From Nemertoderma westbladi (lineage: Eukaryota; Animalia; Xenacoelomorpha): 64,000 nt of DNA. This document shows positions 33,609-45,641 of the stretch, in pieces. Position 1 is the first letter of the stretch; each line of letters begins with the position of its first letter. The notes beneath the pieces were generated by a model. The model searched no databases and was not told where the DNA came from. It saw only the letters and a list, made by a program, of their open reading frames with translations. The stretch lies in contig JAUCBJ010008313.1 of NCBI GenBank assembly GCA_032718475.1, forward strand, positions 62,001 to 126,000, read 5' to 3'. The position numbers were made by a program, and so were the translations under genes.

Positions 33609-34560
33609 TTTTTTTTTTTTTTACTCAAAAGCCTCCATATATTATAATATTAACATACAATAATTCGAATATAAAAACGCACCAAAACAAGTACAAATAT
33701 AACCCACCACCAGCTGATTCAAACTGTTACCTAGCAACAATACAAACAATACAAATTGGTTCAGTACCCATCACCAGTCTGCCACTGCCAGTACCCAACA
33801 AACCCGCCAGACCTCTAACATCTAAGCCGCCCCGGGGTCCGAGTCCGCGTTCGCCCACACAATGGACGCGTCCGCCACCGCTGCCCGCACCGGTCTTCTA
33901 GCGGCCGACCGAAACCCACGGAGGCACATCAGGGACGACCGGAGTAAGGCGAAATTGATGCGTCGCCGCACCCATGCTACCGACTCCGGGTAGGGAACCT
34001 GTCGTTTCTCCGACAGCCTCAACGCCAGCCGCTTGACAAACTGCTTCGCAGCCGGCGCCATGCCCCCGAAAGCGGAAAATATGAGGGGGGTGAAGGTTGA
34101 GTGCTCAACCTCACGGATCCGCTCCTCGTATCTCCGGATCTTCCTCGCCTCGTGATGGAGGTGGGCGGCGTCCAGCGACATCGCTGCGTTGGTGTCCGCC
34201 AGCGGGTTGAACACCGACACGTCGATAAACATCTTCTGGAAGCGGTTGCCCCAGAATTCGCTTACTGACACGTCGAGTCTCGCCTGCTGGTCCGTCGAGG
34301 TGGACCGGAGAGTGAAGGACTCCCCCGTCAGCGGCTGGAGCATCGGCTCGACAGCCACGTTGTGGGCCACCTCAGTCAGGGAGTCGGCGACGAAATCGCG
34401 GATCTCGTTGTGTCTGATTGAGGGGAACCCCCCAGTGGGACACGACAGAACGTGGGAAGGAGAAAATCGCGACCCACAGACACAACGAGAGGGAAGATTT
34501 CTTGGCGACCAACCGTACCGGAGACAAACTGCGTCACGGAACTCTTCCTTGGACAGGTGA
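33609..34560 (-). mobile_element. 3' end of a CRE-clade-like non-LTR retrotransposon (zinc finger + restriction-like endonuclease, 3' UTR, poly-A)
   Basis: Frame open upstream of the listed ORF: LSKEEFRDAVCLRYGW..CVCG..HVLSC..GGFPSIRHNEIRD..VEP..ARLDV..FIDVSVFNP..K.RRY..FTPLIFSAFGG. Stop at 33822; T-run at 33609-33622. Confidence 0.85.
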
Positions 34561-34569
34561 GTGTCGTAA

Positions 34570-34706
34570 ATTAAATATATATAATTATATATATTATATA
34601 TATAAAATAATATATATAATATATATAATATATATATATAATATATATAATATAATAAAATAATATATATATATTATTATATTATAATTAAATATAATAA
34701 ATTAAA
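34570..34706. repeat. AT-only low-complexity/(TA)n tract
   Basis: About 135 bp composed solely of A and T. Confidence 0.9.
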
Positions 34707-34708
34707 TA

Positions 34709-35136
34709 ATGTCTTCTGATTCCGATATGGTTATGCCAATAGTAAGGCATTCATTTTTTGCAGAAGATGGTGAAGCCTATATTGTTATTGATTATACAAT
34801 TTACCGTCGAGGAGATGATAAATATAAAATCGATTTTTCTGAAAAAGCCAGGAAAGTTTTAAGCTCAATTGATATTGATGCTTCTGAAAATAGCATTCAT
34901 CTCTTAGATTACAACCTAAAAGTTGATCATGTGGGAAAATTAATCAACATTTTACTATTATCCATGATAGAGGGGTTAATTGTTATTACACAATACAACG
35001 AAGCTGGTGAAAAGTTTGAAATACGGCTAAATCGGCATAACCCCTACGAAATTATGTCTTTCTTTATTGTAATGATTTCAAAAGAATCCTTTGTCGAAAC
35101 TGAAGAAACAACAGATAATGTGGAATTTGTTGAAAA
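34709..35136 (+). CDS. Orphan AT-rich ORF (~143 codons) truncated by the LTR of element C
   Basis: ATG in AAATAATGT context, globular-looking sequence. Composition changes at 35137, where TGTGACGGG begins. Confidence 0.45.
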
Positions 35137-35697
35137 TGTGACGGGATCCGAGATGATCCCGGTTTATCCGGTGTTGCTTATGTACGCGTCAAGGGCCGCA
35201 CCGTTCGGTGGAAAAGATAGAGGAGTTTTGCTTGTTCCGACGTTCTCTAATAATATAGGATAGATAAATATCTGATAGCACGAAATGAGATAACTGATGT
35301 ACCGGTAGAATGTACTGAGTAAACTGGTGTGGCGATGACGGTCTAAATTGTCACCGTACTACCGTGACTGTAGTGACAGACTGAGATAACTGAACAAATG
35401 ATCACTGTACAGATAATATATACTGCACGGGTTGGCCTCATTGCATTACCCAGTCGGTGCCTTCCCCCCATTGGCTAATATCCCTGTTTGTCACCCTTTG
35501 CCCCCCTCTGAAGTGCTTCCCTTTGCTCTTGCAATTCTCTCTCTGTCAGGGGAGTAACCCCTGACCCCTATTGTGCATATGTTTCTCCTTCCCACTTTGT
35601 TGGGGTGACACGAGTGGTTGATTACCCAACCTCGTGGCCCCCAATATTGCTTAACGGCTTACTTTGTGGGGTGTTAGCGGAATTGAATACGCTAACA
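35137..35697 (-). repeat. Putative 3' LTR of element C
   Basis: TGTGAC...GCTAACA followed by CTCCCCCCC (minus-strand PPT GGGGGGGAG). The partner LTR is outside the window, so the ends are inferred. Confidence 0.55.
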
Positions 35698-36402
35698 CTC
35701 CCCCCCATGCTATCTTCCCGGTGAGAAGATAGCATCCACCTAAAGTGCGCTACAATTCCGCTGGATCCCGATCTAGTATCGGGCGTGGGGTGGTATTATT
35801 TTCTCTCGGAGCCGGTTTTTCAGGCCGCTCCCTATGGGTATGATAATGCTACCCGGTTCGCCTGGCATCCCATGTCGGGCCGATCGTGCGCTCCTCTCAC
35901 ACGACTTTTGTTTCCCCAACACTTTCGCCGCTTCAACTCCACTCTGTTCTCACCCTGACTCTCCTCTACTTCTCCTCTCTTTCGCTCTAACTCTCGGACT
36001 TCCCTGTCCCTCACTCAGTCTCTTATCCTCCCCCCCACACTTGAATTGCATCCGCACTCTCTCCGTACTCCGCACTATCACCCTCACTCGACCCCTCTTT
36101 GACTACCCCATCCCTTCTGACGAGTCTCACCCCCCCTCCTGTGCCGTCGCACTCAAGAAGTGTGAAATCGTCTGGTGTCTCGTCCATAGTGCCATAGTCA
36201 GTTGGCCCCCCAGTCCCAGTAGCTAATTGAGAAAGGTTGAATGACTATAGTACTTACTTCGAACGTATGTATTCTCGTAGATTACTGGCTATTACGTACG
36301 TACATACAAATTGCACTTATTTGATTATTTAGATTACTTAAATTTGTACTTAATAGTTCGCACGTCTCACGTGGCACCTTCCAGGCGTACCACATCAAAG
36401 TC

Positions 36403-37800
36403 TTAGTTTATCCCCCCTGACTTTGGGAACCACCTCAAGTCTTTCCCTTTGCCGTCCTCCTCCCTGGGTCGTTTCCTGGTCACTACCGCTCCTCTGGGAT
36501 CCGCTTTCTGTCTTCGGACTCTCGCCGCCACCTCCTTACTGATCCCGGTCGTTGGCTCCTTGGGTGCCGGCGTTATCAGCTCCCGATATCGCTTCGTGGG
36601 TGGCCCCTCCGAGTGGCCCTGTTGTCTCCCCCTGGTGGCGTCCCATAAGATCATCTTCATTGCCCGCGGCATGTGCTCCGCCAGGAAATCCATAAACTCC
36701 CCTCGGTTCTGTGGCGTCCACCTGTCCAAATACCTTTGTGTATTTATCACCCCGGCATACGATGCCGCCGTTGCTACCTCTTGATAGGTAAACGGTAACC
36801 TCCGCTTTATGATTTCCAAGTGAGCCTCCTGATTGATAAGGAAGAAACCCCACTTGAACTCCTGGGCCTTCATGCGTTGCCGCATCATGGCCCCGATGTC
36901 GGCCCACTCCTCGAAGATTCTGAACTTCTCTTCATCGTCCATCCGGTCGCACTGGCGTTCGTAGTGTCCCCGAAAGTTACACTTCGAACATCGGTTATGC
37001 AACCGTGGACACGCCCCCATCCTGTGGCTCGACTCGCGGCAGTAGAGACAACTAGTCCCTTTCTGGAATCGGTACAAACAGCTCCTTTCCTGGTGGGTCT
37101 GTCTCCCACAGTAGTCACAGCCGAGCACCAATGTCTCCCGCCCCACGTCGTCTTTCGTCCCAAGCGATCTCCGCGGTCTGTGGAGTCGCTGGTAGGCGAA
37201 CTTCTGGACGTTAGTGTCCCTGTCTACGTCGATCTCCTCGCCCCTCTCGGGCATCGTCTCCCCGAATACTACCCGTGGTGCCGTCCCCGGTTGCTCGCCC
37301 AACCTGATAGTGCTCCCCGCGAAATCCATCGCCGGTTCCTCGTGCACCCAGGCCCGCTTGCTGGGTCTATCCCAGGAGGCCCTCGCCCCACTGGCCGTCA
37401 CCACCCTCCCGCCAACCCAGTCCGTGTCCGAGTGGCCTATCCTCCCGATGGGCGGCATCTCTCCGAACTCGTCGTCGTCTTCATCCTCCTCTGGCAGTGG
37501 CTCCAACCCCGGTATCCCGGTGGATCCACTATGTCCCTTCCCGCCTTGGCTTTCGCCCGTAGCTCTCCATCCCTCTAGCTCCCCTAACTTCCTTAGCGGT
37601 TGGTCGCCTTCGGCGCCCGCTGGTATGGGCATCGCTTGCAACCCCGACGTAGACTGTTTCGGCGATCCCACCGTCCATCCCAGTTCTCGCCCTAGAGACT
37701 CCCCCGAACTCCCTGATGAAGCCCAACGAAGTTCATCTAAGCCCGCCTGTTCCTCGAAGCCGTAACTCTGCGTCCTGGCCTCCTCCTCCCTGAACTTACC
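36403..37800 (-). CDS. Accessory ORF of C, C-terminal part: three CCHC zinc knuckles + conserved tail
   Basis: CDYCGRQTHQERSC, CLYCRESSHRMGACP, CSKCNFRGHYERQC, then FEEWADIG and WGFF. Frame stays open upstream of 37671 to ~37800. Confidence 0.82.
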   Translation of the reverse strand, partial: GKFREEEARTQSYGFEEQAGLDELRWASSGSSGESLGRELGWTVGSPKQSTSGLQAMPIPAGAEGDQPLRKLGELEGWRATGESQGGKGHSGSTGIPGLEPLPEEDEDDDEFGEMPPIGRIGHSDTDWVGGRVVTASGARASWDRPSKRAWVHEEPAMDFAGSTIRLGEQPGTAPRVVFGETMPERGEEIDVDRDTNVQKFAYQRLHRPRRSLGTKDDVGRETLVLGCDYCGRQTHQERSCLYRFQKGTSCLYCRESSHRMGACPRLHNRCSKCNFRGHYERQCDRMDDEEKFRIFEEWADIGAMMRQRMKAQEFKWGFFLINQEAHLEIIKRRLPFTYQEVATAASYAGVINTQRYLDRWTPQNRGEFMDFLAEHMPRAMKMILWDATRGRQQGHSEGPPTKRYRELITPAPKEPTTGISKEVAARVRRQKADPRGAVVTRKRPREEDGKGKDLRWFPKSGGIN

Positions 37801-38473
37801 TGGTGAACTCCCCTCCCCTCCCTGGTGCTGTCATAGCCATGAAGACCTTCTGCATATCCAGGAGGTTGTTGGCATCCGGACCGATGATTCTCTCCACGTC
37901 CTCGCGAATCGCCGATCCCACTTTCATCGTCGACTTCTCCCTCACTAGGACCTGCACCGCCCTCGGCAGCCGGTCCAACTTCGGCCCATCCTTCTTCCCA
38001 TACGTTCCCAGGTCAAATAGGAAAATGTCCCCATTTGGCGCGGCCAAATGTAGGAGTATGGTCCTGGCTGATCCTGCCGATCCTCTCCTTGAACCCTCCT
38101 CGTCTTCCACGGTCCCTTCGTCGTCTAGGATCATGTATCCTCCCCTGTTCACGGACTCTATGAACCTCTTCCAATCTTTCCTCGGTGACTCTCTCGCGTA
38201 CTTCGGAATCCCGAACTTCGCCTCGTCCCCTTTCACCACGTAGTGGAAATGCTCGAAGATCGCGTTGTCCAGCGACGGCGTCCCGTAGGTCCCGACCAGC
38301 CGCTGTTCATGCATCTCCCTGAAGTGGTCCTGTAGTGCTAGTGCTGCGTGACCCTTTCCTAACCGGTCATAGTATCCCCTCGTCCTCTCTTCCGGATGCC
38401 TCTTGGTGAAATCCACCAGTATCTCCTTTCCTCCTGACTCCGCCTTTCTCTTCCTGATCAGTTTCCCCGCCAT
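37796..38473 (-). CDS. Accessory ORF of C, N-terminal part: 3'-5' exonuclease-like domain (ExoI/ExoII, truncated)
   Basis: MILDDEG, LLHLAAPNGDIFLFDL, LPRAVQVLVREKSTMKVGSAIREDV, LLDMQKVF. No ExoIII before the frame change. Confidence 0.75.
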   Translation of the reverse strand: MAGKLIRKRKAESGGKEILVDFTKRHPEERTRGYYDRLGKGHAALALQDHFREMHEQRLVGTYGTPSLDNAIFEHFHYVVKGDEAKFGIPKYARESPRKDWKRFIESVNRGGYMILDDEGTVEDEEGSRRGSAGSARTILLHLAAPNGDIFLFDLGTYGKKDGPKLDRLPRAVQVLVREKSTMKVGSAIREDVERIIGPDANNLLDMQKVFMAMTAPGRGGEFTR

Positions 38474-38508
38474 TTCGAACTCTCCCGTTCGCTCACCTAT
38501 AAGGTGGT

Positions 38509-39686
38509 TGTTCGCGCTTTCAGACCTTTAGCAGTTTAACCTGCCAAATTTGGATGTCTTTTAGATGATAGATAGTCTTTAGCCTATGACAACTATTTGA
38601 TACACTACATTAGCCGAATCCAGTCTATGCGCGATCATTCACCCGCTGGATATACCCGGGAGACTGGATTCGGAAGCCTAACCGTATTGCGGGGTAGGCC
38701 TACTGTATTATTCGTCTGATCGTAATATATATAATCTCTGACAAATATTATTCACTTTCGGGAAATATTAACAGTTCCTTTAGGACGTGGCGCTTTAAAT
38801 ATATAAACAGAGTTATGACTTAAACTAGACACAACGGGATGGCTATAGATTCACGTATATGGCGCATTCTTTAGGAGATGCTTCGTTATCAATCACGATC
38901 ATACACAATACTGCACAATGCTGCACACTAATCTGCCGACCTTCACTAATTTTAGTCACATATAAGGAGAACAACAGACAATACGTGTAGGGCCTATAAA
39001 ATAGCATTAGATTCACTTCAAACCACTTAATGTAAGTCGCAATCGTTATATGTATCCGGTCTCTCTAACCTTTAGTATATCAAGAAGATTGGGGTGTCTG
39101 ATTGTTTATCAGTATTCCAAATATAATATTCCATCAACAAATATAATGAATAACCGACAGTAAATAGCAGTACAAAGTTTAAGGTATGAAGAAGATATGT
39201 TGTGTTATGTTATGAGTTCAGTGAGGTATGTTAGGTATGTATGATAACGGATATACGTTCTATAATTAAGCCTACTAATGTTGAGCTAAAGACTGAAACA
39301 CGGAGGTTCCACGCCGGTGTTGTAGGCTGTGGACAAAATCACATACTGACTCACTTCACTAGTTTCTATATACAATCTCCAACACAGAGGCAAAAAACGC
39401 TCTGATTGGTCGACCGAACAAAGAGAGAACAAAGAACAAAGAGATGTTCCACGTGGCAATATCAGCTGTTAGCCGTCGTCATGGTAGCTACACTGTTTCA
39501 AGAGGATCCGGCGTATTGCGTCATAGAATTGCTAATCATGTCCGCTAAAGTACACATACAGAAGAAATGGCTTTTATGTCCTCTAAAACAACAATACAGT
39601 AAGGACACGGCCTTTTATGCCTGTTAAACCAACTACAGAGTACTTTACGGGAAAAATAACCGGCTAATTACGCAAAAGCCTTTACA
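38509..39686 (-). repeat. 3' LTR of element B (1178 bp)
   Basis: TGTTCGCGC...TTTACA, near-identical to 55917-57077. Confidence 0.95.
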
Positions 39687-39764
39687 CCGCTCCCAGAAAA
39701 TGGGATTTAAGTCTATAAAATATAACAAATCACAGTTTCTAAAATATAAAAATACTCTAAACAG

Positions 39765-42700
39765 TTAGTCTTTCTTACGCGGACGGCTTTTACGCAGTTT
39801 TTTGAGGTTAGCAAGAGTCCTTTTCTCTTTGGGGCGAGCCACTTTACTAGGAGGGCTGTAACTCCTGGGTGAAGGGTGCAATACAATTGCATCAGAAGGT
39901 TTAGGATTACGATCGGTGTATCCGCCGGTCGAGGTACCTGGTTGATCGATATCAACTTCAGTGGAGCGAGGTCTAACGGCTTTTAGGGCGCGTCTTAGGA
40001 CAGCAGCTCCTACGGGTCCTTGACAGGTCGTCTGGACAATGGTGGTAGGCGGACCGTGAGTGGCGAGAAACTTCCTTGGTTTAATGGTTCTTTCCAGCTC
40101 ACGTTCTCAGGCTCGATATTCATAGGGCCGTCGAGATACTTCCTGTAACTCAGGGTGCGAGTTGATAAATAAATCGCCATACTCAGGGTCTTGACGGATG
40201 AAATTGATCAAATGATATGAAGTAATATCGTTAGGATTGACGTTCCTAAGATATTTTCGAACAAATTTGGTGGAAATACACTCACCAACACGCTTCATTA
40301 GTTCGTAACTCGGTGTGCGTGTTTTTTGTTCCACAGACGGGAATAAATAAGGATGGAACGCGTAAACTCCCTCGTAAGAGCGTCCAGGGTAGTAGCGATG
40401 GTGGGCCTCATAATGTAAATCCGCGTTCGCTTCCCAAGCTCGGATGTAGCGCAGGGTAATCATCTCATCTACGCTTTCTAAATCGCGGTTAAAGGGGCAA
40501 TTATAACTGGCATGTCCCTTAAGTTGACAGTGGTGGCATTGGATCATAAATTGGGGGCAGACTGCAAAAATATGCGAGTTATTAAGTCTGCAATACGCAC
40601 AATAGATCTCCATCATCGGCTGTTCATGGAAATAGGAGCAGGGTACGTCTGAGTCCATAGGGGTGAAATGGTCTCTCGATGCGCATAATCGACAACGTTT
40701 TCGAGAAACATAGTTGGCGTGTCGATAATCGTATGCGGTGAGACATTGTGGACCTTGATACCACTCCAAGACGTAATCGTTATCGCTGCTCCGGGGCGCT
40801 GTAGGCTGGATCGCTTCAGACTCTAAGCAGATTGGTTCGTCTTCCAATTGCATAGCTGAGGTAGGTGCGGCTGTCTCCGCAAGCGGACCCACTGTCTGAA
40901 CTTCTACGACAGAATAACCTGTGGGTATTCGGGGTCTTTGTATAACAGATGAATGTAAGTTCTGTATACAAACGTCCTGAAAGAGAGCAAATCCCGCGCT
41001 GTTTAGCTTCTCCGCAGCTGAGTCTCTTAGGCTGAGTTTGGTCAGAGCGCGGTCCTTGAACTGACTATCACCGTTACGGAACGGAGTCAGAAAGCGCCTG
41101 AAACATTCGAAGCGGATGAATTTATTGTGTTCATCTAACTTGGCAAGTTTGGTTCCAAGTATTAAGGGATGGGCGCGTATGGTACGACTGCACACATCGG
41201 CTAGCCAACCGGCAAGTGCTGCGTTTTCAAAGATCGTGTATATAGCTAAAGAGGGACGAAGTGGAACACTCATAAAGCTATACACGGCGCCAGGTGCGGT
41301 CAATGGTCCATCAAAGTATAAACGAGAATAATGATCTCCATATACTTGTTGGTAATTTATAGGATTTCCAACCTTGAAATTCCATCCGTATTCTTGAAAG
41401 GCAAGATGTCCGATGGAGGTTCGTTGTACTTTGGTAATGCCGCTGGGTGTATTGGCATACATAGTGTGGAAGAAACCTCGGCCTTCTGCCCAGGGAGCAA
41501 TCAGCTGAGTATCCACGAAAGGGTATGGAATGTTTTCCATATTCCGAAAGTCGTTTTGTAGATCTCCATAAACAGCCGAGCCGATTTTAAAGATTCATTC
41601 GTTAAACAACATCTCGAGCACGGGTTGGGGTAACATCGATCCATCGATACCCATGGCCGGTTTGCGCTCGGTGTCGGCGACGTAACGCTGCGCGAGCTCG
41701 AATTGTCCATGTCGGAGTCTCTTTTGTGTCTCAGTAAGAGTTTCAAAAGAATAATCAATCACATCGGAACACGCTCGAGTAAATACGTGGGTAGAACCAG
41801 CGAGTCCTCGTATGTGTATCATCCGCGTAGTTCCCAGTTCTCCAACCGGAACGCTACCTTTGTTGTCGTAGGTGACAACTCCATACATCTCGATAACGTT
41901 AAGAGTCTCATTCCACTCTTTAGTGGCGTTTTCGAGAGTCATTCCCACAGGATGCCACAAGGTAGCGCATTCGCTAGCATTAGGTAGGTCTCTATACTTT
42001 AAATATTGTGTGGTATATGTTTCCACATCTCCATATCGTTGTATTCTTTCCTCCTCGAATAACACGTCAAGATTCCAGTGTACTAAACGAGTTTTGATGA
42101 ATCCATCAAGATTATACGGAGGTATTGTTTCTTTCTCTATTCTGGAAACATTGTATGGTTTTCGAAATGAGTTTATTTTAACCAACTGATCCAGATGTTT
42201 ATGCAGTTGTTACGAGTTCGACAAGATCGAGAGGATTTATGAGTGGCAGAAACCTCAGACTATGTGTAGGATCTTCCGGTTTTACCATGTAATATTGTGT
42301 TAGGTTAACGTAATAAGGGTGATCTTTGATCCCATAAAACGAGTCCGGTAAAGGTCTAGCGCGTATGTTTACATCGTGTACCATGCGACGGACAAGATCT
42401 GCTCTATTGTCCGGAGGTTCAACGAGTATACCATCGACACGAGCGGCTTCGATGGGTGGACGTTGCAACATGGGGGCGTCAGCGATAAGATCTCGAGATC
42501 TTAGGTTGATATCAACCGGTTGGGGTTGTACCGTCGCAAAGAGTTTGTCTCCGAAATGGGGAACCATCGAGGGATGAAGGATGGTTTTAGAGTAGAGATC
42601 CGTCATAAGGATTTGAGCTTCGGGTTGAGCTAAAGCTGCTTCTTCTCTCTCATCTAGTTCTATATGTCTCTCCTCGAGCTGATTTTCCTCCGCTTGTTGT

Positions 42701-44019
42701 TGTAGACGCTCATCTAGGAACTCTTGTAAAGAGTAGGTTCGTCCACGTTCGATGTCCTCTTCGAGATTTTGTATTTCTCTATCGAACTGGGGTAAAGCTA
42801 ATTCCTTCACCGCTTGGACTTGTTGTAGCAATTTACGTTTCTCCAAACAATCGTAAGTTCCTTTTCCGATTTTCTGCCGAATAGTGTCTAACGCGTTTCA
42901 TACGACGCTCTCTTCGACTTCCGTAACGGGTTGTATCGAGGTGAAGCCAGGACGGTTGTGTGGGTTAAACGGCGATATTAGATGACCGCGTCCCAATCCA
43001 GCTAGGTAGGGTTGGCGAATATCTAGAGAGCCTACTACCGGAGTACCACCGATCAACTGTTCGGGTAACACTAGATCTTTGAACAGCGAATACAGTTCGG
43101 GAGGATCCGTGATACTATTAGGATCAAGAGTCTGAGGTCTAACTGAGGAATGAGGAGGTCTGACCGAGTATTCCGGAACTCTGATCATTGTTTTGTTCAA
43201 GGATCGTTTGAGTCGGGCGACCGCAGGGGATACGTCAAACAGGTTTCGCTCGAAACTCCCATAAGTATATCGTGTAAAACTGTGTTTAGCGCAACGTCTC
43301 CGCGGATGTTTATGTCTTTCCGTTTGCTGATTGGGTCTAGGGCACTCGTCGCAGTAATACCAAAGACGCACGTCCTGCAGGGGAAACGCGGGTGATCGTT
43401 CTCCAGTTTTACAGTATTCCTCCATCTGTTCGAAGCTATCTGGGACGACAGGTAGCGGCCGATCGGCAGTAAGATACATCATAGTGAAATAGAGTCGTTT
43501 GAGTTCTATCATAGGATCATGATGTATACCTTGGGGATATCGAGTTTCGAGATTTTGTTGACTGGCAATATTGAGGTATGTCTCTCTCAGGAATTCCAAA
43601 TAGTCGTTGAAGTCGCTGCGTTTATCCGGCTCTTCAACGTCTTCCCTTTCGAGTTTGTTTCGAATAGAGTTCTCGTGTTCTATTCTCGGTTGATCGTTCC
43701 GACTCCGCTGGGTATGATATTTAAATAAAACCATTTCCCTTTCGGTGTCTACATCGTCCGTATCGTGTAAATCGATAGGATGGCCAGTAGTTAAGAAGTC
43801 CATATACGTACCATTACGATGCGTATAGCGAGCGGTGAACTTTCTATAATCCAATTCACGCGTAAGTTGCTCCTGGGACATTGGCGGTTCGATATAACGA
43901 CCATCATCCTCCGTAGTAGTTGGACCAGCGTCGCCGCGTATCAAGCTATCGACAAATGCTTGTAAAGGTAGAGTATATCGCTCCCTGATACCAAGATCAT
44001 CTTCTATCAACTCAGTCAT
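39765..44019 (-). pseudogene. Accessory gene of B (~1400 codons reconstructed): unknown N-terminus, exonuclease-like domain, zinc knuckles
   Basis: ORFs 42898-44019, 42199-42846, 41595-42185 and 40107-41540 join through three in-frame TGA codons and one frame change. Read-through gives VVTYDNKG, LPQPVLEMLFNE*IFKIGSAVYGDL, FVDTQL, SIGHLA, YTIFEN, then three knuckles. Confidence 0.8.
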
Positions 44020-45641
44020 ATCTGCTATGAGTTTATCAATATTATAATGAGTTTATATATTAGGCTAGCGGGCGTCGCTGCTTACCCCTCTTTTGCCCCC
44101 GGACAGTGCAAGATCCTCAGCGCCGATGTACCGTCGTCGCTGTGCTTTCGCCAACGATGTAGCCACACAACAACAACGATAACCGGCACAAGTCACTCCA
44201 CTGTCCGTCCCAAAGGCTTAGATGTACTTCAGGTTCTTTCTGGAGAGTTAGGGTTACTTTCACAATTGCGACTAGCTACTGTAAACACACTTTAGCAGTA
44301 ACATTCACCTATGAACGCACAAATTCAACACAACTGCCATAAACTGTACACATTCGGGCCATTTGTCCGTTAGTCAGTACCTTCCAGAATGTCACTTTAT
44401 TTATTATGTATCCTTGGATACTAGCAGTGCGCTATTTATTCCCTATGCTATTCAATGGGGCAAGCCTTCTATTGTTCTTTTAACTCACTTCTAATTCTAG
44501 CGTGGTTGTTGCCATGGTGACATTATGGAAAGCTAGCGGTAGAATTAGGGTAATTCTCATGCATACAGATCTGGGATGCTATTTAATAGTAATTCTTTAA
44601 TTGTCAATATCTTCTCTATATATGATTTTATGAATTTTATCGGCTATTGACTATATATTGGAGACTCTCGCACACCAATACACTTAATAGAGTGAATCTC
44701 CGCTCCCATTAATTAATGGAATTTTGGGAATGTTATAAATTGTATAAAATGACAATTTATTAAATTCGTTGAAATATATGAATTTAAATTTATTCCCGTA
44801 AATTTTATTATTTAATGTTAAATAGACGTAATTTTATTCCAGAACGTGTCTGGGGACTGGGATCCTAGATTCTAGGAATTTTGTCCTTTTAAGAGTATCG
44901 GTAAGTGCTACGATATCTTAATCGACTAGAATTTTAAAGGATCTAAAATTCGACAGATTTTGTAAATATTAATAATTAATATTTAAGATGGGCACCAGTT
45001 TATTCCAGAACTTGTCTGGGGACTTTAACCACTGATTCTAGAATTTGTCTTTCAAGTATATCGGTGGGTGCCGCAATATCTTAATCGACTAGAATTACAG
45101 ATGGTCAAAGGGTTTAACAGATTTATTTTGCGTTATATGCTACTGTTAAAAGGACATCACGCTACTATATGTATTATTTAATATACGGTATGAGAGCAAT
45201 ATCGCACGAAGCAATGTCAGTGAGAAGAGGCAAGTCGTTTCCAAGGTCTACCCAGAGCTTGGTTTAGCCGAGACACGAGGATCTGAATTTTGCATTCCTA
45301 ATACTCTGCCTACCAATAATACTTAATATAGTAGTGGCTTTATTGTACTTTAATAAGTACGGACATTTTATCTTACTGTAGTCACGTATTTGTAATGTAA
45401 TACGGACAGTAAGGAAGGAGAAAAAGAATTATTTCTCGCCGTCGCACTAAATATATAATGTATAAGTAATTAAGTAATAAACGCGAATATATTGCACTAA
45501 TCTACTAAATAATTGCTAAAATAACATTCTACTGAATAAAATTAAAGAAAACGATTATAATAAAATTACATAATAATATATACATAAATATAAAAGAATA
45601 AAACAAATACAAATATAGTCATACACCCACTCCAGCCGTTG

